Assembly: GCA_035525455.1 (NCBI GenBank)
Contig: DATLEF010000174.1
Span: forward strand, 7,254-71,253
From: Burkholderiales bacterium
GTDB lineage: Bacteria; Pseudomonadota; Gammaproteobacteria; Burkholderiales; SG8-41
DNA length: 64,000 nt
Reading direction: 5' to 3'
In this document: positions 18,259-27,110 of the stretch, in pieces
How the letters are laid out: each line of letters opens with the position of its first letter
How positions within the stretch are numbered: the first letter of the stretch is position 1
Notes under the pieces: model-generated
The model's input: only the letters and a program-made list of their open reading frames with translations
Told to the model about the DNA's origin: nothing
The model's database searches: none
Made by a program: the position numbers and the translations under genes

Positions 18259-20511
18259 TCAGGATATGCGCGTAGTGCCTTCGCGCAATGCCTGCAGCAC
18301 CCGCGCCGAGAGCATCGGCTGCTGCCGCAGACGCACGCCGGTCAGCTGATACACGGCGTTTGAAATCGCCGGCGCGACGAGCGGGGTCGTCATCTGACCC
18401 GCGCCCGTCGGATGGTTCGGCGTGGGGATCAGCTTGATGTGGATGGGCGGCAGGTCCTTCATGCGCGGCACGTGATAGTCGTAGAAGTTCGACTGCTGCA
18501 CGACACCATCCTCGATCGTGATGCGCTCCATCAGCGCAAGGCCGAGGCCGTAGACGAGCGAGCTTTCGCTTTGCGCAATGACGTTGTCCGGATGCACCGG
18601 CACGCCGACGTCGATCGTGCACCAGAAGTTGTGGACGTTGATCGCCCCGCTCGCGCGCTCCACCGAGACCTCGGCTATGCCGGCGAGCTGCGTGCCCGAA
18701 TAGTCCAGATACGCGATTCCCAGCCCGCGCCCTTCCCGCTTGCGTCCCCAGTCCGCCATGCGCGCCACTTCCTCGATCACGTGACGCGCGCGCGGCACCT
18801 TAGCGAGGTGCTGGAGCCTGAACTGGATCGGATCGATGCCGCGCTTCGCTGCAACCTCGTCCATGAAAACTTCGTTGGCGAATGCGTTCTGGCCGACGCC
18901 AATCGCGCGCAGCGGTGCGGTACGCATACCGGTATCCTGCTGCAGGCCTTCGGCAAGGCGGTCCGCGATCTCGTAGGTGGGGAGCTCGGTGCCGCGCATG
19001 GCGATGTTGTCGCGGCCTTTCATGACTTTCCATCTCACCGGATCCATGAACGCGAGCACCCGGTCCGAAACCACTCGATGGTGCCACGCGATCAACTGAC
19101 CGTTCGCGTCCATGCCGGCGCTGATGCGGTTCACGTACAGCGGCCTGAAGCGCCCGTTGTGAACGTCGTCTTCGCGCGTCCACAGCACTTTCACCGGACG
19201 TCCCGCCGCTTTCGACATGAGCGCGGAGTCGACGATGAATTCGACGTCGCGATTACCCCGCCGCCCGAAGCCGCCGCCGAGCAGCATGCCGTTGAACTTC
19301 ACGCGGCTTTCGGGTATTCCGAGCGCGTTGGCGACTGCCGTCACGGCGATCGTCTGGCTTTGCGTTCCGCACCAGATCTCGCAGGCATCGCCCGCGGGAC
19401 TGACCGCGGCAACCGAATTGAGCGGCTCCATCTGGGCGTGATACGCATAATCGGCGCGGTATTCGCCTTCGAACACCGTCGCGGCGCGCTTCATGGCAGC
19501 GTGAACGTCCCCTTTCTCTTCCCACGCGACGCCCTTACGCGACGGGTCGCGCGCCACGGCTGAAAATTGCTCGAGGGCCTTCGCGCTCGAGTGGCCCCAG
19601 CCGGTCGCTTTGCGGCTCCAGCTTACCTTGAGCGCGTTTTTTGCCTTGAATGCGGCCCAGGGCGTGTCGGCAAGTACGCCGACGCCGTACTTCAGCGGCA
19701 CGATCTGCATCACGCCTTCGATCGCGCGCGCTGCTGCTTCGTCGATGCGCTCCGGCGCTGCGCCTTCGACCGGCTGGCGCAGGATCGCCCCGTAAATCAT
19801 TCCGGGTACCTGGACATCGATGCTGTACTGCGCCGAGCCGTTGACCTTCAGCGGCACGTCGATGCGCCCGATGTCGTGCCCGATCAGACGGAAGCGCGCT
19901 CGGTCGAGCGGCTCGAGCGCAACCTCCGGCGCTTCACCTGGAATTTTTGCGAAAGCTGCGATGTCGCCATAGCTCAACTTGCGTCCCGAATTCGCGTGCA
20001 CCACGGTGCCCGGTGCCGTGGTGAGCTCCGAAATCGGCACGTTCCAGTGCCGCGCGGCGTTTTCCATGAGCACGTAGCGCACTTGCGCGCCGAACTGGCG
20101 CAGCGGCGTGAAGTAGCCGGTCACCGTCGCGCTGCCCGCCGTGTACTGCAAACGGCCGAATAGCGGATTGCCATAAAGCTTGTCGTTCGGCGGCGCGGGC
20201 ACGATCGTGACGCGGCTCCAGTCGGCGTCCATCTCGTCGGCGACGATGCGCGGCAGCGACGTGAGCGATCCCTGACCCATTTCGGCCGCCGGCGACATGA
20301 TGTATACCGCGCCGTCGGTTGCAAGCGTGACGTACGGATTCAGGACTTTCTGGTTTGCCGCCGCTGCGAATGCGCTGAGATCCGGTACACCCACTGCCGT
20401 GGCAAAAGTGAACCCGCCCGCGCCGAGCATGAAGCGCCGCCGTGACCGGTTGACGCGCAAAGACGTGTCGGGCGCAGGAGAACGCACGAATTTCTGCTTG
20501 TCGGTGCGCAT
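18259..20511 (-). CDS. xanthine-dehydrogenase-family molybdopterin-binding subunit (IorB / membrane aldehyde-dehydrogenase-like), Tat leader
   Basis: 750 aa. Twin-arginine leader NRSRRRFMLGAGGFTFATAV. Aldehyde oxidase/XDH a/b hammerhead and Moco-binding motifs. Confidence 0.85.
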   Translation of the reverse strand: MRTDKQKFVRSPAPDTSLRVNRSRRRFMLGAGGFTFATAVGVPDLSAFAAAANQKVLNPYVTLATDGAVYIMSPAAEMGQGSLTSLPRIVADEMDADWSRVTIVPAPPNDKLYGNPLFGRLQYTAGSATVTGYFTPLRQFGAQVRYVLMENAARHWNVPISELTTAPGTVVHANSGRKLSYGDIAAFAKIPGEAPEVALEPLDRARFRLIGHDIGRIDVPLKVNGSAQYSIDVQVPGMIYGAILRQPVEGAAPERIDEAAARAIEGVMQIVPLKYGVGVLADTPWAAFKAKNALKVSWSRKATGWGHSSAKALEQFSAVARDPSRKGVAWEEKGDVHAAMKRAATVFEGEYRADYAYHAQMEPLNSVAAVSPAGDACEIWCGTQSQTIAVTAVANALGIPESRVKFNGMLLGGGFGRRGNRDVEFIVDSALMSKAAGRPVKVLWTREDDVHNGRFRPLYVNRISAGMDANGQLIAWHHRVVSDRVLAFMDPVRWKVMKGRDNIAMRGTELPTYEIADRLAEGLQQDTGMRTAPLRAIGVGQNAFANEVFMDEVAAKRGIDPIQFRLQHLAKVPRARHVIEEVARMADWGRKREGRGLGIAYLDYSGTQLAGIAEVSVERASGAINVHNFWCTIDVGVPVHPDNVIAQSESSLVYGLGLALMERITIEDGVVQQSNFYDYHVPRMKDLPPIHIKLIPTPNHPTGAGQMTTPLVAPAISNAVYQLTGVRLRQQPMLSARVLQALREGTTRIS

Positions 20512-20513
20512 GA

Positions 20514-20981
20514 TTACACCTCCTTCGCCGCACGTTCGATCGCGCGCACGATACGCACATACGTCCCGCAGCGGCAGATGTTCGGGCTCATGTACTCGAC
20601 GATCTCATCGCGCGAGGGCCGCGGCTTCTCCTTGAGCAGGCCCGCCGCGCGCATGATCTGGCCCGACTGGCAGTAGCCGCACTGAGGCACCTGCTCGGCT
20701 ATCCACGCTTTTTGCAGCGGGTGCTGGCCGCCGGGTGCAAGTCCTTCGATCGTGGTGATTCGGCGCCCGGCGATATCCTTGAATGCGTGCAGGCACGATT
20801 GCGTCGGCTTGCCGTCGAGATGCACGGTGCACGCGCCGCATTGTCCGACTCCGCAGCCGTACTTCGTGCCGGTCAACTTGAGATGCTCGCGCAACACCCA
20901 TAAGAGCGGTGTGTCTTCGTGCGCGGTGATGGTATGGCGCTGACCATTGACCGTCAGCGGTGCGGTGATTTTCTGGGTCAT
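20514..20981 (-). CDS. (2Fe-2S)-binding small subunit (IorA/CoxS-like)
   Basis: Trimmed to the ATG at 20981, preceded by AAGGAGG. Motifs [12 protein letters not shown] and CGYCQSG...CRCGTY. Confidence 0.85.
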   Translation of the reverse strand: MTQKITAPLTVNGQRHTITAHEDTPLLWVLREHLKLTGTKYGCGVGQCGACTVHLDGKPTQSCLHAFKDIAGRRITTIEGLAPGGQHPLQKAWIAEQVPQCGYCQSGQIMRAAGLLKEKPRPSRDEIVEYMSPNICRCGTYVRIVRAIERAAKEV

Positions 20982-21118
20982 GACCCCTCCTTGAGCACTG
21001 CTGAGCGCTCTCCTCGCCACTGCGGCGCCTGATCGGCGTCGTTATAATATGTTCTTCGTGCGCCGCGCTTCACCGTACGGAAGCGCAGCGGAAATTCTAG
21101 CGTATTGAAGGAACCTTC

Positions 21119-22024
21119 ATGCAGATCGAATCCACCGGGCAGATACTCGGCGCGACCGTCACGGGCATCGATTTGAGCCAGCCGCTGAGCGACGCGAATT
21201 TTGCGCAGATCATCGCCTCGCTCGGTCGCCATGGGGTCCTGCGCTTTCCCGCGCAGCGCCTGGACGCGCCCCAGCTCAGGGATTTTTCACGGCGCTTTGG
21301 GCGCATCCAGACTTCGGTCAGCGACAAATACGCCGTGCCCGGCGTCCCGGAAGTCGGCATCCTTTCGAACGTCATCGAGAACGGCGAGCCGATCGGACTG
21401 GCGGACGCGGGGCAGGACTGGCACACCGACATGACGTACAACGCGACGGTCGGTTTTTGCAACGTGCTTTACGCCGTGAAAGTGCCGTGGCGCGACGGCA
21501 AGGCGCTGGGCGCGACGCAATTCGCGAACATGCACGCGGCGTACGACGATCTCGCGCCGGAATGGAAGGAAAAGCTCGAGCATGCCACCGCGACGCACGA
21601 CTTCAACAAGTTCTGGGAAGAGATGCGGCGTCGGCCCGGCAGCATACGGCCTGCACTGACGCCCGAGCAGCGCGCCAAACGCCCGCCGTCGGTGCACCCG
21701 GTCTTTCTGACACACCCGATCACGGGCCGCCAGGTGCTCTATTGCAACCCCGGTTATGCGATCCGCATCAATGAGCTCGACGAAGCCGAAAGCGCACGTG
21801 TGCTCAAAATGCTATTCGAGCATCAGCTCCAGCTCCAATACATCTACGAGCATCGGTGGACCGAAGGCGACGTGCTGATGTGGGACCATATCGGCACGCT
21901 GCACAACGCGGTGCCGGATTATCGGCCCGACGAGCTGCGCCTGATGATGCGCTGCCAGGTGATGGCGGATCGGATATTCGACGAGCAGTTCGTGCGCAAG
22001 GCGCTGGAACCGATTGCGGCCTAG
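21119..22024 (+). CDS. TauD/TfdA-family Fe(II)/2-oxoglutarate dioxygenase
   Basis: 301 aa. His-x-Asp facial triad context (WHTDMTY). C-terminal WDHIGTLHNA and R-containing 2OG site. Confidence 0.85.
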   Translation: MQIESTGQILGATVTGIDLSQPLSDANFAQIIASLGRHGVLRFPAQRLDAPQLRDFSRRFGRIQTSVSDKYAVPGVPEVGILSNVIENGEPIGLADAGQDWHTDMTYNATVGFCNVLYAVKVPWRDGKALGATQFANMHAAYDDLAPEWKEKLEHATATHDFNKFWEEMRRRPGSIRPALTPEQRAKRPPSVHPVFLTHPITGRQVLYCNPGYAIRINELDEAESARVLKMLFEHQLQLQYIYEHRWTEGDVLMWDHIGTLHNAVPDYRPDELRLMMRCQVMADRIFDEQFVRKALEPIAA

Positions 22025-22067
22025 CAGGCTGTCGGACTTGTCCGATCGCGCTGGCAGCGTCAATGGC

Positions 22068-22240
22068 GAAAGGGAGGTTACGGAGGGCGGCCTTCGGCGC
22101 CCTCACGGAGGCGGTGAATGAACAGGAGGAACCGGAGGTTCCTCCCGTAACCCACTTCCTACGGTTTAAGAGCGACGAAGCGCTCGCCACGAGCGCCCGA
22201 AGGATGGAAGGTTACGGAGGGAAACCCCGGTTTCCTCTGA
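22068..22240. repeat. composite REP-like element cluster (ACGGAGG-core family), copies B1-B3
   Basis: Contains gggaggttacggaggg..., aggaggaaccggaggttcctcccgtaaccc, and at 22171-22240 an inverted copy of element A (13014-13081). It is followed by a perfect hairpin gggctgcc-gaat-ggcagccc (22258-22277). Confidence 0.65.
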
Positions 22241-22301
22241 ATCGTTCACCGGCCTGAGGGCTGCCGAATGGCAGCCCGAGCCTTCAGGCGAGCGCCGCCC
22301 C

Positions 22302-22481
22302 TTACGCCGGAGCGACGCCCGAAATCACTTTGCCCGCGCCGTCGCAGTGCTGACACGGCTTGCCGTCATCCAGCATGCCGCTGCCGCTGCATTTCGGACA
22401 CGCGGTATCCGCGGTTCCAGCCATGCCGGGCGGCGTTTCGGCAGCCGGATTCATTTCAGGTTCGATGGGACTGGTCGACAT
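22302..22481 (-). CDS. 59-aa protein with a DnaJ-type CXXCXGXG zinc-finger pair
   Basis: ATG at 22481 preceded by AGGAG. MSTSPIEPEMNPAAETPPGMAGTADTACPKCSGSGMLDDGKPCQHCDGAGKVISGVAPA. Two CXXCXGXG motifs, enough for one Zn site. Confidence 0.55.
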   Translation of the reverse strand: MSTSPIEPEMNPAAETPPGMAGTADTACPKCSGSGMLDDGKPCQHCDGAGKVISGVAPA

Positions 22482-22591
22482 AAGCAGGCTCCTGGCTAGC
22501 GTCGGGCCTCTTGCGGCTTTTGTCACGTGCTGCGCCACAGGAGTGGTTCCTGTGGATGCAAGTTATGCTCCTGTCGCCGCTTCAGTCGTTC

Positions 22592-23770
22592 TTACGCGAC
22601 GCGAAAAAGCGCGCGCGGTGCTTTATGCAGCCGCTCGAAGCCGTGCGCGGTGATATGTACCAGTTCGCCAACCTGCACACCCGCGAGCTGATCGGTCGTA
22701 ATGACATTGGGCTGCACCACGATCGTCATGCCCGCGCGTAACGTCATCGCGGGCAGTGGACCCGCCGGCCTGCTCTTACTCCCCAGCACCGGCGGAAAAT
22801 AACCGCCGCCAAAACCGTGCACGAGATCGTCGCACGTCGTAAAACCGGCTTTCTCGATCACACCTGATACGTCCACGATCTGCTCCATCGTAGTGCCGGG
22901 TCTCAGCACTGCGGCAATCGCGTCGAAAGCTGCTTCGGCCGTCGCGTACAACTCCCGATAAAGCGGCGTCGGATCCGCTGCCACCGTGAACGTACGCAAT
23001 ATCTGGCCGGGATAGTCCCAGAAGCTGCCGCTGATCTCGGCGAACACAACGTCGCCGGCCGCGACCGTGCGATTCTCCGGAAACTGCCGCGGCACGCGGC
23101 AATCCGGATCGTTCATCGCCGTGACGCCGAAGTAATGAATGTAGGTGGAGCCGCCGTGCCGCGTGTACGCACGCTCGGTGATGTCCCACAGCTCGCGCTC
23201 CGTCGCGCCGGGGCGCAACTCTTCGCGCAACGCCTCGATAGCGGCGTCGCTGAATGCGGCGCCGATGCGCAGCCAGTCGATCTCTTCGTCCGACTTGATG
23301 AGCCGCAGCTCGACGTACTCGCGATTCATGTCGACGAACGTCGCGAAAGCGCTTTCGAGCATTTTGCATTTTCGATACGCGAGCGGCCCGAGGAAACCCA
23401 CACGCTGTGCGCCGCGGCGCTTCAACTCCGCGATCACCTTGTCGATGCCCCCATGCTCGCCCCACTTCACCTCGGTATTGCGCGCAATGCGGCGGGCGAG
23501 AGGAACGTGGTTGAACCACTCCATGTACATGAGGTTGTGCTCGCTCGGCGAAACGATCACGTACGCTTCGATCGTCGCCGGCCAGCCGGTGAGCCATACC
23601 ACGCCGGAGCCTGCGCGCTGCTCGCCGCATACCACCAGATGATCGACCTGATTCTTTTGCATTGCCTCGAGCAGCGCACCGCGCCGGCGATCGATCTCGC
23701 CCTCGGAAAAACGCGGGTAGGGTTGTTGCCCGACGATCGCCGCGAGGCGCGGCTCGAGGTGCAAAGGCAT
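22592..23770 (-). CDS. M24-family metallohydrolase (creatinase/Xaa-Pro-aminopeptidase fold)
   Basis: The track ORF (629 aa) has an Arg-rich spurious extension. It was trimmed to the ATG at 23770 (GGAAAGGA upstream), giving 392 aa. It has a creatinase-type N domain plus a pita-bread C domain (VFAEISGSFWDYPGQILRTF, VHGFGGG, IVVQPNV). Confidence 0.8.
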   Translation of the reverse strand: MPLHLEPRLAAIVGQQPYPRFSEGEIDRRRGALLEAMQKNQVDHLVVCGEQRAGSGVVWLTGWPATIEAYVIVSPSEHNLMYMEWFNHVPLARRIARNTEVKWGEHGGIDKVIAELKRRGAQRVGFLGPLAYRKCKMLESAFATFVDMNREYVELRLIKSDEEIDWLRIGAAFSDAAIEALREELRPGATERELWDITERAYTRHGGSTYIHYFGVTAMNDPDCRVPRQFPENRTVAAGDVVFAEISGSFWDYPGQILRTFTVAADPTPLYRELYATAEAAFDAIAAVLRPGTTMEQIVDVSGVIEKAGFTTCDDLVHGFGGGYFPPVLGSKSRPAGPLPAMTLRAGMTIVVQPNVITTDQLAGVQVGELVHITAHGFERLHKAPRALFRVA

Positions 23771-23826
23771 GTGATCCTTTCCTGACGGGCAGCGACGTGA
23801 GAGGCCGGCAAACGCCGCAGCGGCTC

Positions 23827-24942
23827 CTATCCTTGTGCCTCGTACCATGGGTACGCGCTGGTCGCGCTGACCGGCCCCGCAACGCGCGCAGGCCGCACCC
23901 AGGACGGATTCAGCTGCGCGATCGACGCGACGCCCATCAACCCGAGCGCGGTGCGGATTTCGATCTCGAGGAGCTCGAGCATGCGCTCGATGCCGGCCTG
24001 CCCGCCGGCCGCGAGCGACCAACCGAGCAGCTTGCCGACGCCGACTGCGCGCGCACCGAGCGCGAGCGCTTTGATGACGTCGGTTCCCCGCAACACGCCG
24101 CCGTCGAAAAGGATTTCGGCGCGCCCGGCCACGGCATCGACCACTGCAGGCAACACTTCGATACTGCCTTCTGCGTGATCGAGCTGACGGCCGCCGTGGT
24201 TGGACACGTAGACCGCGTCCGCGCCGTGCTCGACTGCGAGAGACGCGTCTTCGGCTGTGGCGATTCCTTTGACGATGAGCGGGCGCTGCATGCGCTCTTT
24301 CATCCAGACGAGATCGCTCCAGACGATGCTCGCCTGGTAACGCGGATCGCCGAAGCCTTCTCGCACATTGGCGCGGCCGATAAGATCGCGCTCGCGCCGC
24401 CCATACCACGCACGATCGGCGGTGACGCACAGCGCGCGATAACCCGCGGCGCGCGCGCGATCGAGGATCTCTTCGATCCACTCCCGGCCGGAGCGCACGT
24501 ACAGCTGGAATATGAGCGGCTCGCTCACAGCCGCCTGCGCGGCCTCTATGCTCGGTTTGGCGGCGGTACTGATGAATGCGGTCGTGCCTCGCGCGAGAGC
24601 CGCTCGTGCGACGGGTATCGCGCCTTCAGGATGCGCCATGCCGAGAAAGCCGCCGACCGGCGCGAGAAATACCGGACTTGCAAGTGTCTGACCGAGCAGT
24701 GTCGTCGTGATATCGATGTCGGCGACGTTCACAAGCACGCGCTGGCGCAATGCGAGTGAATCGAGCGCGAGGCGATTGCGCCGCAAAGTCGTCTCGGAAT
24801 CCGCACCACCGGAAAGATGGTCCCATAGGGCCTGCGGCAATTTCTGACGCGCCGTGTGTACGATCTCCTGCAGCGACACGAACTCTTCGCGCTGCTCACC
24901 CGGTACTGCTGCGCTTTTCGGCGATTGCGGCATCACTTTCAC
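23827..24942 (-). CDS. FMN-dependent alpha-hydroxy acid dehydrogenase/oxidase (LldD / glycolate-oxidase family)
   Basis: 371 aa. Motifs PVFLAPVGG, LIVKGI, VYVSNHGGRQLD and GVLRGTDVIKALALGA. Confidence 0.85.
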   Translation of the reverse strand: MKVMPQSPKSAAVPGEQREEFVSLQEIVHTARQKLPQALWDHLSGGADSETTLRRNRLALDSLALRQRVLVNVADIDITTTLLGQTLASPVFLAPVGGFLGMAHPEGAIPVARAALARGTTAFISTAAKPSIEAAQAAVSEPLIFQLYVRSGREWIEEILDRARAAGYRALCVTADRAWYGRRERDLIGRANVREGFGDPRYQASIVWSDLVWMKERMQRPLIVKGIATAEDASLAVEHGADAVYVSNHGGRQLDHAEGSIEVLPAVVDAVAGRAEILFDGGVLRGTDVIKALALGARAVGVGKLLGWSLAAGGQAGIERMLELLEIEIRTALGLMGVASIAQLNPSWVRPARVAGPVSATSAYPWYEAQG

Positions 24943-24946
24943 GAGC

Positions 24947-25948
24947 TCACTTTCGGGAAGTCGTTCTGCCGCTCATCGGCTTTTTCAAGCTCGCGAGGTC
25001 GGGCGCGGCCGGCAAATCCTTACGCCCGCGCGCGAGCTCGTAAAATCGCGAGGCAAGCGCGAGATCCTGCAGCGCGGTGCCGACTGATTTGAACACGACG
25101 AGCCCCGTATCGGGCAAATGTGCCGTGCCCGCGGCGACGTCCGCAAGTGTCACCTGGCGATCCGGCGTCAATGCGCCTTCCTTCACTGCCAGCTGCAGAT
25201 CACCTGCTTCTTCGGCGGCACGCAGCGTATCGACGACGACAACGCTCGCATTGGCGAATGCGCGAGTATCCACTTCGATCGATTCCGGACGCGTGCTGCC
25301 GACGGCGCAAAGCAGACGACAGGATTCGAGCCAGTCTGCGCTCAGTACCGGTTCGCTACTGCGCGAGCTGGTCGCCGCCACGACGATCGTCTGGCCGCGC
25401 GTGGCCGCCTGCGCACTGGGCTCGGCCCGCACCGGCAGGCCGAGCTTCGAGCCCATCTGGCGCGCGAACAGCTCGCGATTGGCGAGCGTCGGGCTATATA
25501 CGCGAGCGGATGCTACCGTATACACGCTCGCCAGCGCTTCGAGCTGCATGCGCGACTGGTGCCCCGCCCCGATCAAGCCAACGGTGACCGGGCCCTCGAC
25601 GCGGAGCTTGCGCGCAACGACGCCGCTCGCCGCACCCGTACGTAAATCGGTAATGAGCCGCCCGTCCAGCACTGCCAGGAGCTCTCCGTCGGCGAGCCGA
25701 TAGAGCGACACCACATAGCGCACGCCCTCACCCCGAATCATGTGAAACGCTTTGGTCGCGGCATAGCCGTTCGCATAGTCGGCGGCGAACATCATCCGCA
25801 TCCAGCCGCCTTCGAACATGGAGTTCAAGCGCGGGGAAATGAAGGTCTTGCCGGCGGCTTCGTGCTGAGACGTTTGTTCCAGCAGATCGACGGCCTCGCG
25901 CATGTCGAGCACGCTCTCGAGCGCTTCGGCCCCCAGGATTAACGCCAT
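24947..25948 (-). CDS. ornithine cyclodeaminase / mu-crystallin family protein
   Basis: 333 aa. NAD-binding GLIGAGHQSR. Family motifs (TDLRTGAAS, KSVGTALQD). Confidence 0.85.
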   Translation of the reverse strand: MALILGAEALESVLDMREAVDLLEQTSQHEAAGKTFISPRLNSMFEGGWMRMMFAADYANGYAATKAFHMIRGEGVRYVVSLYRLADGELLAVLDGRLITDLRTGAASGVVARKLRVEGPVTVGLIGAGHQSRMQLEALASVYTVASARVYSPTLANRELFARQMGSKLGLPVRAEPSAQAATRGQTIVVAATSSRSSEPVLSADWLESCRLLCAVGSTRPESIEVDTRAFANASVVVVDTLRAAEEAGDLQLAVKEGALTPDRQVTLADVAAGTAHLPDTGLVVFKSVGTALQDLALASRFYELARGRKDLPAAPDLASLKKPMSGRTTSRK

Positions 25949-26045
25949 AAAGGTCCACGTTGCTTCCTGCTTCGCAGGGCATTCAGAACGGTGCTTAGGC
26001 GGCTCGCGCCGCTATATGTACTCATGCCTGAGTCGCGCCGCGCAC

Positions 26046-26978
26046 TTACGAGCTCAAACCGTCGCCGACTTCGACGTTCTCGGGCTTGAGCTCGATTCCG
26101 GATGCCTTGGCCTGCAACAGGAGCAGCGTCGAAAAGTCTTCCTCGGTGTAACCGTGACCGATCAGCGTCTGCACGATGTCTCGTGTGAGCGAGGTGAGGG
26201 GCATCGGCACACCGTACGTTCTGCCTGCGCTCAAGCCGAGATCGATGTCCTTGCGCAGAAGCTCAGGCGTGAAAGTCACGTGAAAGTCGAGGTTCGTCAG
26301 CGCGGGCGCCTTGTAGCGCGTGAACGTCGAACCCATCACGCTCTTGTTCAGAAAATCGAGAAATGCATGGCGCTTCATGCCCGCCTTTTCCGCAAGCAGC
26401 GTGATTTCGCAGAGGTTCTGGATGACCACGCCCAGCATGACGTTGTGACAGATTTTTGCGATGCGCGAGAGCTCGCCGTCGCCGACGTACGAAACCCCCT
26501 GGCCAATCGCGGACAGATAAGGGGCAACCGCATCGAACGCGTCCTGCGGCCCCGAAGCGACGACCGTCAGCTTGCCCGCCTTGATCACTTTGGCGTTCCC
26601 CGAAACGGGTGCCGCGAGGAGCTTCACGTTCTGTTTCGCGAGCTTGTCGCGGATCTCCGCCGATTCCTCGAGCGAGATCGACGTGCTGTCGACGACGATC
26701 CGCGGCGCTCTGCCTTTGGACGTGACGCCATTCGGTCCGAACAGAACTTCCTTCACGTCTTTGCCAGTTGAAACCATTGTGAAGACGATGTCGCAGTCGG
26801 CGAGATCGGTCAGCGCGTTCACGACTTTCGCGCCGGATTTCGCGAGCGGCTCGGCTTTGGAGCGCGTGCGGTTCCAGACCGAGATGTCGCAGCCCGATTT
26901 GGCGAGACGCTCGGCCATCGCGTAACCCATGCGGCCGATGCCGATCCAGCCGAGCTTGTGCTGCTTCATGTTCGCCAT
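26046..26978 (-). CDS. NAD(P)-dependent beta-hydroxyacid dehydrogenase (3-hydroxyisobutyrate-dehydrogenase family)
   Basis: 310 aa. N-terminal GWIGIGRMGYAMA Rossmann motif, a 6PGDH-type NAD-binding domain, and the catalytic-Lys region LLRKDIDLG. Confidence 0.85.
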   Translation of the reverse strand: MANMKQHKLGWIGIGRMGYAMAERLAKSGCDISVWNRTRSKAEPLAKSGAKVVNALTDLADCDIVFTMVSTGKDVKEVLFGPNGVTSKGRAPRIVVDSTSISLEESAEIRDKLAKQNVKLLAAPVSGNAKVIKAGKLTVVASGPQDAFDAVAPYLSAIGQGVSYVGDGELSRIAKICHNVMLGVVIQNLCEITLLAEKAGMKRHAFLDFLNKSVMGSTFTRYKAPALTNLDFHVTFTPELLRKDIDLGLSAGRTYGVPMPLTSLTRDIVQTLIGHGYTEEDFSTLLLLQAKASGIELKPENVEVGDGLSS

Positions 26979-26993
26979 TGTTTTCCTTTCAGG

Positions 26994-27050
26994 AAAAAAG
27001 GGGGGACAAGATAGCCCCTCCCCCTACCCCTCCCCAACGCCGGGGAGGGG
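26994..27050 (-). terminator. hairpin pair / possible intrinsic terminator between E2 and the dehydrogenase gene
   Basis: On the minus strand there is a perfect 9-bp hairpin cccctcccc-N6-ggggagggg (27027-27050). It is followed by a G/C stem (27000-27024) and a T6 run (complement of A26994-26999). Confidence 0.4.
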
Positions 27051-27110
27051 AGTAACCGATCGATATGGTCAACGTATCGCTAAAGTACCTAGGCCCCTCT
27101 GCACTTGGGC

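Noticed and set aside
23771-24481. N-terminal 237-aa extension of the M24 ORF (track ORF 22592-24481)
   Set aside because: The extension is Arg/Ala-rich and overlaps the well-supported FMN dehydrogenase gene in another frame. An internal ATG at 23770 with an RBS gives a normal-length M24 enzyme.
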